The position numbers were made by a program, and so were the translations under genes. From contig CM082577.2 in assembly GCA_040954595.2 (NCBI GenBank), forward strand, positions 19,690,303 to 19,754,302: a DNA stretch of 64,000 bases. The letters are read 5' to 3'. The notes under the pieces are model-generated. The model saw only the letters and a list, made by a program, of their open reading frames with translations, had not been told where the DNA came from and made no database searches. This stretch comes from Balanoglossus misakiensis. Lineage: Eukaryota > Animalia > Hemichordata. Below are positions 27,127 to 39,096 of this stretch, one piece after another (within the stretch, counting starts at the first letter, position 1; every line of letters starts with the position of its first letter).

Positions 27127-29277
27127 TATGTACGAGTTTGAAAAGTGCGTCCTGTATCTATGGGGGCATCCATTAATTTTGATCTCTTCCTTAAAACGTA
27201 AAACCAATGTCCTTATTCATCGCAAATCCTACTCAGAAATGTACACCGACCACAAGACCATCAAAGATGGTGGAAAATTAAGTTGGAAAATGAAATTTAG
27301 TGGCTTTTCTGGGCACTTTCTGGACCGTTTTCGAGAGCCCGATGGTCGGCGCCATATTGAATCACGTGAGATCGAAATCACGCCAAATTTCGCAATACTT
27401 TGAAATTACTTTACGCGTGTAAGGGGCCACCACCAACAACATTTATTCTTTTAGAGCCTAAACATTTAACCACAACAAGATTACCCCAATGACCTTGTGT
27501 GAGAATGAAACCCACTGATAAATAGATAATCTGAAGCTATCAGAGAATGGAACGTCTTTGGCAAAGTATTGCAAAGCCTTCAGTTGACCATCAGAAAGTT
27601 GATGAAGCATGCATGTGGAAAGTGGAGTGTTGACAACAATGTGATTGGGAATATTTCCACGATAGCTTGCTGCGCTCGCACTCAGGTCAAACCTGTTACA
27701 TGTTATATACATGTAACACAAAGTACCAACGGTTCTCTCCCACAGGCCGACTTCTCGTACTGGCCGAGGCCGACTTCTCAGGACATCGGTCCGCCATGTT
27801 CGAACAAACATGGCGGATAACTTTGAACACTGACCGGCGAAACTTCAGTGGATTTATCGGGTTTTTAATGGAAGCAGGGCACTTTGATTGAGGGAAAATT
27901 TGGGCGTCAGAGGTGTTTGGGGGATACGACCGTGCAGTTTTCAAATTTTATCGGAGGTAAGAGTTAAACCACGTAACTGAGTTGACGACAGAAAGTTGAT
28001 TGGGAAATTACACATATGGCCTTGTTGTGGTATGGCTGCGAACACCTCTCAACCTAGCAGTAGGGTTCACAAAGGAAAATTAAAAACTCAAATTAATTCT
28101 AAATTTGTCTATTGTATGTGTTAGGGAGCCCCTACAGATGGCAAAAATGCATACATGTAATTTAAAAATCCACCTTGCCTACAGTCTTATGACTGGACCT
28201 TCAAGGTTGCCATTTTTGAAGTTTTTCCCATAATTTATGCTAATTTTATGCAGGGTACACCCACACTTTGTGTCATACTACCCATTTCAAAGATACATAT
28301 ATCCAATGTACCAAATGAGTATAGAAGTTGTGATTAGCCTAGGAGAGCCCTATCCAATGATGCACTGGGTTCTGAGAGTGTGCAGGATTTCACTGCAAGG
28401 CCAAGCTGCTGCTGTAGCTGACAAAGCAAAGTCAGTTTTATGAAAGTGAATGAGCAATAATGACACCGGATTGATATATATTACTATGTAGTACATACAT
28501 TGTAAATGTTGGAAAGACAACCAATTTTGTTGCTGGTTGTGTGATATGTAATTGTATTGATCATAATGGTATACTTATTTGTAAATAAAACCGTTGGTGC
28601 TTAGGTACCGGTATGTCATTTTAGTAAATAAAAGATCTGTGTAGTCCAGAAGGCATAAAATGATCTACCATTGATTACCGAGGTGATGACCAGCGTAGTT
28701 ATAATGCAATACCATCAATTGCATAGAATTTATACTGTTAACATGGTTAAAGTTGTTGTAATATTTGGTCCATCCACAGATCATAGTAGTACATGTAACA
28801 CACATTTGCTGTAAAGTATAAAACTGAAGGGCCAATGTTTTTTGTTGACAATAAAGTTATAATTGACTCTTTAGGTGGCTTAAAAGCATAAACTCACTGG
28901 TAGTACCCGCTTGGAGAACGCATCTTAACACAAGATGAAATATGTACACGTTGCAACTTGCTACGTTACCTCTTTTGTTCTCCACAAAAGAAAGTGCTGC
29001 ACAGTATAAACAATAAAGAGAACAACGCGTATGTTCTGAAATTAACTCACTTCCGCCTTTCTAAAAACGCGTTGCGCTAGTTTGCGCTACACTTTTGTCG
29101 ATATGTAGCGGTCGGAAACGCTAGAATTTTGTATGTATTTTGAAGAGCGCGTTGGTTCAGGTACGCCCTACTTCATTTACATGCCGAAAACGGTGAAATT
29201 AGCAAATGTTTCCATTTTTCGATACATTTCGCCTCGCCTTTCGAATTCCCGTGTTGTCTCTCCTGTAGACAAGAAAC

Positions 29278-30491
29278 CAATCTGATTAAAATCAGATGTA
29301 GGGAACGGCGACTTGGTTTTTTTATGCTGTCGCCTCACACTACATCTGACCAACTCTCAATGGAGATCCCGCTGAACTTTCGCGTTCTGACCCGGCCAAT
29401 CAGATTGCGTGTTATGCTGACTAAAGAATTGCACTGGGAGATGGGAGAAATGTTGTTGTTGACTTCGAGTATCGCACAGAATACAAAAGATTGGCTTTCT
29501 CTTGTGAACAATTACATGTAATCCCATGATATCTTTCTTTGTTTGGCGTCATTGTATGCGAGTGGTTTTCGCAGAGCAGTGAAACGTCGAGCTGTAGCCA
29601 TATACAAATGATGAACTGTCGTTGATCATTTATAAACTCTCCTAACAAGTCGTCATGTTCGCCCTCGTAGTCATGCTGCCAGTCGGGAAAATGACGTACT
29701 TCATGTAAAAGTTTATAAAAAATAAACCAATTTTCACTGCCATGTATCCCAAAACAATTTATGTGACAGATTTTTTAAAAAGAACGCTACCTTCGGCTAA
29801 GGAATGTCAAGTCATAGCTCCGCGTTCAGGTCTGTGTGTTCCCGACGCACCACAGCCCTGCATAAGGCCCCATAGACAAAACTGGTGCGTCTGCGGTCCG
29901 GACCCGGACGCCCGACCGCAGCTTTTTTTGTCGAAATTCGATTTTATCGAGGCAAAATCCTTTCCCTGTCTACTTCAACCGACCCCAAATATGATGCGAT
30001 TAACTTCTTCTAACGTCCGTGTAACGCCGGGAACACACAGACCTGCACGCACAGCTAGTCAGTGCACTCTCGTGTATACAAACGATCGTGGCGACAGAAT
30101 CTCTCCCTGGGACTGCCTTACACAAATATAATCGATTCTCTAACAATTTTACTGCAACTTGTTGCCACGTCTTATACATTTCGTTGACCGGTGGAATATA
30201 GAGGTTCAGTCGTCACGCTGAACTGGCTCGAAACCATTCCCCACGCTGATTCGACTCTCGCGCCCGGGATATATGTCTGTGGTAGCTCCATGGTAACAAC
30301 CGCAAGGGGCCAGGTCATGTGATTGTGGGTTGCCTATCATTTGCTATAAGGCGCCTTCTGATTGGATTATATTCCCAGTAATTCTCGTAGAGTTCAGCGG
30401 GATCTCCATTGAGAGTTGGTCAGATGTAGTGTGAGGCGACAGCATAAAAAAACCAAGTCGCCGTTCCCTACATCTGATTTTAATCAGATTG
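29278..30491. mobile_element. Non-autonomous TIR element, ~100-bp TIRs, 9-bp TSD (MULE-like)
   Basis: caatctgattaaaatcagatgtagggaacggcg... is mirrored at the right end; TSD acaagaaac. Confidence 0.85.
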
Positions 30492-31110
30492 ACAAGAAAC
30501 ATGACTACACATGGTTTCAAATTTCATGTCAATACGCCCACGCGATTACTCAAAAACGGGAAAATCCCACGACGTGACAGTCGCAAGATGGCGTCCGTGA
30601 AAACAAAAACATATCAAACTGTTCGCAAATTTACGCCAAATCGCGCGCTCCAAAATTTTTACCAACAACAGGAGGTGGAAGTACATGAACTTTTCTTTGA
30701 CTATTGCGTTTCAGACCACTGAACTCCGCCGCGATCACCTTTTGAGTAGCAAATCATTTTGGGTCGCAACCCCATGGTGTGGAATAGGAAGGTCCGACCT
30801 TTGGGATCCCTACCTTGTCCGCGCACTGCGGATCCGCAGTGCAGTTTTACGTACAAAAGTATAGGAACGCCTTGTAGCCCTGGTGGGGCCGACAGCGATC
30901 ACCCAACCCACCAAGGCTACAATTATTGCAGCTACAATGGGACCTAAAAACAGGAAAATCCCACGAGGTGACGGTCGCAAAATGGCGTCTGAACTCCGCC
31001 GCTATAACCTTCTGATTAGCAAACCATTTCGGGTCGCAACCCCATGGTGTGGAATAGGAAGGTCCAACCTTAGCAGCATGCACCGGCTACAATCATTGCA
31101 GCTGCGATCA

Positions 31111-31234
31111 TTGCTGCAGTTTGCAGCCCCTCCATCTCCCCTGGACGATTTTTGGTTTTGCGGGGAGAGGCCCGCCCTCTCCCCGCAAAACCAAAAATCG
31201 TCAGGGGAGATGGAGGGGTTGCAAACTGCAGCAA
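31111..31234. mobile_element. 124-bp hairpin MITE with 9-bp TSD
   Basis: Near-perfect palindrome ttgctgcagtttgc...gcaaactgcagcaa; TSD ctgcgatca. Confidence 0.8.
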
Positions 31235-31491
31235 CTGCGATCATTGCTAGAGGCACAGTAAAGTTAACGTTTTCTTTCAAGAAAATCAACTTCAGCTTAC
31301 CTGTATTTATCACCGGCACAAAGTAACAGAGGCCAATAACCTTGCAAAATCTACCCCGTGGAAACCTTTCTCGGTCTACACTTACTTATAAATGGGCGCA
31401 GCCATCTTTGTAACGATACTGAAGTAAGACTCGGATTCGATTTCGGTTTCGGATTCGGATTCGAGTTCGAGAGACTGACGGTAGTTATTAA

Positions 31492-32599
31492 GGGACCGTT
31501 CAGTTTTTACGGCCGGGGGGGGCGGCAAAATCCAGGGGGGGGGTCACTTAAATTTTGAAGTCCACAAGGGGGGGGTCATCTGTTTTTTTTTTAAACGTTT
31601 AGGGGGGTCACATACTTTTGCCACCAAACTTTCGCTTTTGAGTCCACAAAATTGCAGTTTCGCACCCTTTATTTTACAAAATTTTCTACACCCACCCCTT
31701 CATTCTCCGCCACATTTCACTTTTTGCTGGTTTGTCTAGCGTACCAGGGCAGAGTGCTTGCCACCCCAACCCCACCGATGATAATACATTTGTATTTAAC
31801 AAAGTGAATACATAAAGGAGAATAATTGTTTAAACCATTTTGCATAACTGATAGTTTCGCGCTGCATCTTCTACATACTAGAAGTTTTATAAATGATGTC
31901 ATGGCAAGATGACGCCAAATCTTCTAACTTTGAGTGGAGTGGCAAAAAGTAAAATTGGTCCTCCCAAACATTGAGATAATTTGTTTTTGAGTTCATTAAA
32001 ATGCAACTTTGCGCTACATATTTTACAAAATTTTCTTCCACACCCACCCCCTCCATTCTTCGCCACATTGCATTTATTCACTGGTTTGTCTAGTGTACCA
32101 GGGAAGACTTCTTGCCACCCCATCCCACCAATGCTTACTTTGAGTGAAGTAGCAAAATTAAAATTTGTCCTCCCTAACATTGAGTTAATTTGCTTTTGAG
32201 TTCATTAAATTGCAACTTTGAGCACCGTATTTTATAAAATACGCCCACCCCACTTTTCTTGTTTTACCGATTCTAGCAACTATTGTATTGACTTGTCATT
32301 TTAATTTGTTCATAAATTTCTTTATTGCATCGATATACTATTATATACTTCAATAATACTTTAAGAAATATATAATTGAGGTGTGAGGAGCCTCATTCCC
32401 TTTATTGCATACAGTGTACATAGGATCAGAACAGCGAATGTTTTGGGCGTGGGGGGGGGTCATCATATTTTTGGGTCTGTCAAAGGGGGGGGGGTCATCA
32501 TTTTTTGGTCCTGGGTGAAGGGGGGGTCGGCCTGATTTTGAGAACCGATGACACAAACTTGCCGGCCCCCACCCCCTGCCGTAATAACTGAACGGTCCC
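31492..32599. mobile_element. PIF/Harbinger-type MITE
   Basis: TIR gggaccgttcagtt.ttacggc, TAA TSD, G/C homopolymer runs; a partial copy starts at ~40213. Confidence 0.82.
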
Positions 32600-32937
32600 T
32601 AAGTAAGTTAAGCATTTTCGGGCGACCATCGCTGTTTGGCATCTGCAGTACGAGTATGAATATTTACTCTGCTAAAACACGAATAAATTTGATTAAAATC
32701 TCTACTTGTTATGTGTGATATTTTTGGCACCCAAAAATTGTTTATCCGTGTCAAAAATTACAAACAATTATCATTTTTTCATTGAAGTATGTTTTTCGAT
32801 GATAATATAATCATGTATGACATGAAAAAAGCAGTGTTCGGGTGCCAAAAATATCATAATAACATGTCGAGAATGTTTGATCAAATGTCCTACTCATGCA
32901 CGCGCAATCAGAAGTTGCAAGGGGTCGAATTCCAACC

Positions 32938-33018
32938 TAGTCTCGGTTACCCAGACGCCTTTGCTTCTTCTTCTGGAGAGCAGCGGAAGAAGCAAAGGCG
33001 TCTGGGTAACCGAGACTA
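32938..33018. mobile_element. 81-bp hairpin MITE
   Basis: tagtctcggttacccagacgcctttgcttcttc / gaagaagcaaaggcgtctgggtaaccgagacta; near-perfect 9-bp TSD attccaacc / agtccaacc. Confidence 0.8.
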
Positions 33019-34842
33019 AGTCCAACCCAGAGAGGCCGGAATGGCTGAGGACAGTGTACTATGCCGTGGCCTCTTACAGCATGAGTCAACCAATCCATGA
33101 AGTATTATGTCTCAGTGGAGTACATTTACATGTACTTCCATGTGTTTTTGTTGATGAGATCATGCTTTGTTTATGAAGTTTCAAATGCAACGTTTTCATT
33201 TTACATGTATTTTGCATTTCAATTCCCACGGTGCAGTGGTGGTCATATTCTATGGCGGCAAAGCGTTATAATTTTACGATTCAAACTTGCAGGTGCACTC
33301 ATTTTGGGTACTAAGGGTTTAAAATGCTTTTAGATACACAAACTTCCGTGTATACATCTGATGAAGGGCATAGGCCTAATACGCTTCAGTAAATGTTTAG
33401 GGATTACATGTATTTATTACACTAAGTTTGGTCGATAACGCGTCGTATTCAAGTGATGTCCGTATTTTGACGAGTTGCATGTAATAAACCCTTTATCATA
33501 CATGCATACCTATAAAACGGTACGATTTGCTAAAATGCGCCGAGAAAAAAAAATTCACGGCCAGAAATTTGAACCGGGAGCCCTGCGATCACCGCAGTAG
33601 CGCATAGCCAAGTATGACAGGGCGATGCGATCAGGTGATCAACGACAGGGGGCGCTCCCTCCGTGCTTTTATCATGCGTGTTTTTGTTTGTTGTTGTTTA
33701 TTGGCATAATAAACAAATAAAATATTTATTTATTTATTTATTTATTTATTAATATATATGGTTTGCTTGTTGACATGTTGGGGTTAGGGTATACTTAACG
33801 GTTAGGGTAATAGTGTTGGCATTTTTTCAATCCATGGCAGCACTCCCAATCCCAACACTAACCCTAATCATTGAACCACTGAGTCAAGTGATGATTTCAG
33901 CGCGTTCTCAAAAATAGTTCGAGACACGGAGTGAAAAAATTATTCGGTATTTTCACTCGGTGAAAATACCGGCTAATATCTTCACTGCCGATAACATTGC
34001 GATTCACTTTCGTAATTTAGCGTGGTATTTCTCCCGAAAACATACTAAGTCAAAATACAAACAATGAAATTCCACACATCGCTGCTGTTGCGTAGTGGTT
34101 CGCTTCTAAAAAAAGTTTTTATAAAGTACTGACATTAATGAAAATAGGACAACAATGTAGCATGACGTCAGAGCAAACATCGGATGTTTTGTCGAATAGA
34201 TCGTATTAAGTGCATTCTATAAACTCTGTCACAGATGTGTTGTGCATATTTATATATTGTGATAAATATTCATGGTTGCCGACAGGAGCTGTCGTCAGCC
34301 ACCAGTTAGCGGCTGTGACAGGGCTGTGATTGTCTGTGACGTAGGTCGTCGATCAAGTCTACTTGGTCGTGAGGTCCTTCTCGAAGACTTGTTTTCAGCT
34401 TGGTAACCCTGGCGTAGAGGTGTTTATAAGGTAAATATATATATTTTTTTCAAGAAATTCGACACTTTCATATTACAGTGATTTAAACTGAATGTTTTTT
34501 TACTCGACATAGGTAATCTGTCAAATTCATCAAATGCTCTGAGACACAAAACTTTTATTTTAACATTTTGGAGTTAAGCTAATTTTAAGAATGCCTGCAA
34601 CGAGGTATTTAAGGAACTGGTGGTCATTAAACACTGGTTGGTTGCAAAGATCTTGGTGAAATTGTGTTTGTTTCATGAAATTGCATTTACTGTTAGACGC
34701 CCAGTGGCAAAGCGGATTATAAAATAATGTATTCAACATAGAAATGACAGCTTGTGTACATATAGCACGGATAGAATGGCATCCAACGGAAGCATATTAG
34801 CGGGGCAATTTTAGACTGGTTGCATGAGCAGAAAAAAAACTC

Positions 34843-35047
34843 GGATCTGGTTCTCTTAGTGGACACGACTATACCCCATGGCAACGATACCATGGCAATG
34901 AGGGTGAGTTAGGGTTAGGGTTAGGAGGGTTAGGGGTGGCAATGTGAGGGTGAATTTAACCCTAACCCTAACCCTCCTAACCCTAACCCTAAAAAACCAT
35001 ATTATCGCCCGTGGAGTATAGTCGTGTCCACTAAGAGAACCAGATCC
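34843..35047. mobile_element. MITE carrying inverted TTAGGG/CCCTAA repeats, 8-bp TSD
   Basis: TIR ggatctggttctcttagtggacacgactata; TSD aaaaactc; internal gttagggttagggttagg...aaccctaaccctaacc. Confidence 0.82.
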
Positions 35048-36173
35048 AAAAACTCGTTATCTGTTAGCTCCTTCAGATGAAGTTTAGATTAATAGATTGG
35101 TCGACATTAATGTCCGTTAGTGCGTCCCCAGTCAATTACTGGGAAATGCTTGAACCAATTTCATGAAAACTTGTTACAAGGCAAAAAACAATAAAGTACA
35201 TGATGCACCCTGATTGATCGCCGTCAGATGGCTATTTTTTACGTTATTTTCATGTCAAAAGCCGGCATTACACAGACATGCCAGAACGGGGATCCTTCAA
35301 AATAAGGACTATTTACAATGACGTACATATACACGTCAATTTGTGTTTGCGAACTGATTTCATTCGAAATTCGTACGAGGACAATATACTTTTACTTAAA
35401 GTTGACATCTAGTATGCCTTGGGGTAGACATCTTTCTGTGAATTCTTCATGTCCAGAGATTTTCCTCAAACACGCTTCAAGTGATGGCTGGCAACTGTTT
35501 TTTTATGAGATTACAAACTCATGAATTATAACTAGAATGGTTAAAGAACACATTTCTATATTGATGTTTTGCTCTTGACAACATATTATTATGTTATCAA
35601 TTTTTCGACAATACAGTGTCATCCCGCCCATATTTCTTATTCATGTCCATTTCTGTAGTTTCATCAAGCGACTACTTAGAATATACACAGGGCGTCTCTA
35701 TGAACATAGTGTATAGTTTACAATAAAAAATAACGTCGAGTGACACGGAATACCGTTAGCTCCTTCAGATGAAGTTTAGATTAATAGATTGGTCGACATT
35801 AATGTCCGTTAGTGCGTCCCCAGTCAATTACTGGAAAATTACAAAAAAATCTAAGAAGTGGAGTCGAGTGACCTTACGTAAACCTCTCTCTCTCTCCCCC
35901 CTCTCTCTCTCCCCCCTACAGACAGGAGATGTTGGCATCACAAATTTGGCTCATATAGGTAGGTTGTGTGTTTTCAATTAGCGGTAACATTGTAACATCA
36001 TTACTTTTTAGGTAAACAAGGGGATTGGTTACGATTATTACAAGGCCCGGATCAGCAGAACTTGTTCCAAACAGTCTGAACCCATTTTCATTTCTAAAAA
36101 AGCACCCAATCTTTGCCTGTTAAATTGATACAGATATTTACATATCATGGATTTGTGTGCTTTCTGTCTACAG

Positions 36174-36215
36174 CTACAACAACACAGCCGTATCTGAAAT
36201 CATACTGTTAAAATT
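36174..36215 (+). other. Candidate 5' UTR exon of the cysteine-module gene
   Basis: tttctgtctacag acceptor and gtaagt donor. An upstream exon is expected because an acceptor lies 5 nt before the ATG. A further candidate donor is AAG|gtaaat at 34430. No transcript evidence. Confidence 0.3.
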
Positions 36216-36899
36216 GTAAGTGCAGTGAGGAAAAATAGGGACTCTGATCACTCTACAGGCATCATGATATAGAGTAGAGAGCAAACATGTAATTTGTCAG
36301 TAGTATTCATGGTTTCATAAATCATGAATTAAATCATTTGATTTTTTAAAATGTGCCTATTGCGGCAGACGTCTGACTGACTATCAAGCAAGGTTTCAAC
36401 ATAGTGTGCATTTATAATTTAGGCGACATGTGTCGAGAGTCGTGTTCACGTGAACAGAGTGTGATGTACGAAATCAAGCGTGAAAAGTGCTGCGTCATGT
36501 GGTAATAATCCCTTTTAAAGTTCAGCCATTCATAAATTAATGCACGCTATTTGGGACACACAGATGTCGACCTCTTCAATAGCGGTCATTTTTTATCTGA
36601 CAGTCTTCATGGAGAATGCATATGTAAAAAAAAAACGATTTAGATGCATAGTTCTAGCAAGCGCGACATTCTGATAAAGATATTCAACTATATCTGGACG
36701 TACATTTTGGAAGATTGCTCGTTCGATGCGCTTTCTATCACTCCTTATCGAGAGGCCATTAAGTGAGTGAAAATTCTACCATGCTATTTACTGTCCTAAT
36801 TAATCTCTCCTTTCTGAGGAGCTCTGCTTCACTGACTTCGGTAGTTAATACCTGTGCCTTTCTCGGAAGTATTATATGAATCACGAAGTCTAGATCCAC

Positions 36900-37120
36900 C
36901 GTCCTGTCAAAAGAGTTCTGAAAATAGACAATGTAAGAAAAATTTTGGTTTCAAATTTGAAATCTTCCCATTATGTCATATATACTTAGTGTACAGAATA
37001 TCTAATTAAACAGATCAAGGTGTACTACTATGCCAACATTTTCTATTGTTTCTTTAATTTCCAAGTTTACTGGATAGATACTGGATAGATCACCACATGA
37101 GCCCATACCCTTCCTATCCA
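36900..37120 (-). mobile_element. Decayed Penelope-like RT fragment
   Basis: IYPVNLEIKET...HLDL followed by a degenerate YDKRDDF-like segment. Confidence 0.5.
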
Positions 37121-38449
37121 CCGAATCAAAAATAAATGAAAGTCCCTGAAAACACACCACCACACACCTAATATGGGCGACGCCATAATATAATTTCACA
37201 GATTGGCGGTATCTGCTTTTTAAGGCAACTGGGACACTATATCATGGTAAAACAATTAATCATTAAACTGCTACGGAAATATCTTTATCCGTTGTTGGGT
37301 ACTGTGCTTCAAAAATGGACTCTGCGTTTAGTAGACCTTATAGTTCATAGCAAGACAAAGAACTATTTCGTATAATTAATACCGTCCGACATATGACCAA
37401 AAGTGACGATTATTTAACCCTTCCACTACCATGTTTTGGTCAAAATCAGTTATTTTCTATGGTCAACTTGGAACTCCAAAAGAGGAACATTGACACAGAA
37501 CATAGTCATCAGAATCCATGTTGTTTGAAAAATAACTGTACATGATTATATTATAATTATTATACATGTTCTCATTGTAGGTTGACTGAAATCTATGTTG
37601 TGCCGAAGATATTATGCATGTCTGCGAAATTTAAAGTGACACTCCACTTTGTGAATTCAGTTAAATTGGTTGCCATTGCCCTATCCATTTATGTTGATGA
37701 AACTAATTTGTGTAATTACTGCATGTTGTATTACAGAAGTAACGGGTTTCAAGAAGAATCTGCGCAAAACTAAAGTTCAATCACTAATTAGGGTCTTTTG
37801 ATTCAGGTAAGTTGAGCGGGAATAATTGCATGATTTCAACTTTGTTATTAGGCGAATGATCATTGTGTGATATATACGTTATTTTGCCAAAATGTATACA
37901 AGCATGCAGTTTGTACAGGCAAATAAATGTGACTGTAGTAGTCGCTTTATGGTAGAGGGGTTGTGATTTGAAACATGGTTGTGAATCGCTTACTAAGGTA
38001 GAAATCAACGTCAAAGTCATGACTTTGTTTTAAATCGTTGACGAGGACTTAGTTTCGCTTTAATCGTTCGAAAACCCCTGGTATATCTTTTTGATTGGTT
38101 GATCATAAAAAAGAAAAGAAAAACATAGCTCTGAAATCAGCGTGTATATATCCCATCTGCACATAATCCCTAAATGCTCTAGATTTGGAGAAAGTATTCC
38201 TGTAGTTTTTGAGATTAATATAACTCTGAATATAGCAGCTTTTGCAGTGTACAAGACAAAGATATGTGAATAAAGACAGATAGCATGATATAGGAATTAA
38301 TATTTTTGAACAAAACCAAACAAAGAATAGAAAAAGTAATAAAACTCATATAGTTTGTGCAAGTAATTTCTCTTTGGTTTCCTATGTTAAAAAATGTATG
38401 AGCTTGACTAGAATTATCTTGATGAAAAAACAAAAACAAGAGATGATGA

Positions 38450-38700
38450 ACGACTTGGTCTTCCTCCACTAGTCAGTGATCATTTCATATCTGATGACTT
38501 GTTTTGTTATAACACCACAGTTGAGAAAAATTGCTCGACATATTGAAATCCTTGAAATTTCGTCCATGTGGGAAAATTGATATATCGGCTTTTACATCTG
38601 ATATCATGAATATGCATCATGTGATCCCAGTATCATCACAACCTACGTACAACACAGTTCTGAATGAGTTGTTAGATGAACATGCTCCCGTCAAAATGAA
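38450..38700 (+). mobile_element. Decayed L2/CR1-like ORF2 fragment
   Basis: An SDH motif, then YNTVLNELLDEHAPVK, typical of the endonuclease-RT linker. Confidence 0.5.
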
Positions 38701-38899
38701 TTAATATTAATTAATTGGCGACGTAAATATTCGGTTGCTTTGTAGATTCATTATTTACACATTAAATCCAAAAAGGATGATTATAATTTACACAGGAAAG
38801 AAACAAATGGAAATGCCCATGTTTATAACTTTCTTGTATTCATGTCCTGTACTGCTTTAATACAATTTTATTTAATACTTATATTTTCTTACAGATAAT

Positions 38900-38983
38900 A
38901 TGAAAGCCTTAATAATTTTAAAACTAGTAGTGGTATTTCTAGTTATTCAATTTCCGAGTATACTTCAAACAGCATTGGCGAAG
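38900..38983 (+). CDS. Coding exon 1: signal peptide MKALIILKLVVVFLVIQFPSILQTALAK
   Basis: Acceptor ttttcttacag ends 38894, ATG at 38900, basic n-region, hydrophobic core, A-L-A cleavage motif, donor AAG|gtaagg (phase 0). Confidence 0.8.
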
Positions 38984-39007
38984 GTAAGGACATACATGTA
39001 ACTACAT

Positions 39008-39096
<89 letters not shown>

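Noticed and set aside
30883-31326. Overlapping ORFs on both strands sharing DDFWFCGER
   Set aside because: Produced by the 124-bp palindromic MITE at 31111-31234.
34905-34992. Inverted TTAGGG/CCCTAA tracts as a chromosome fusion scar
   Set aside because: The tracts are very short and enclosed by TIRs and an 8-bp TSD, so they belong to a MITE.
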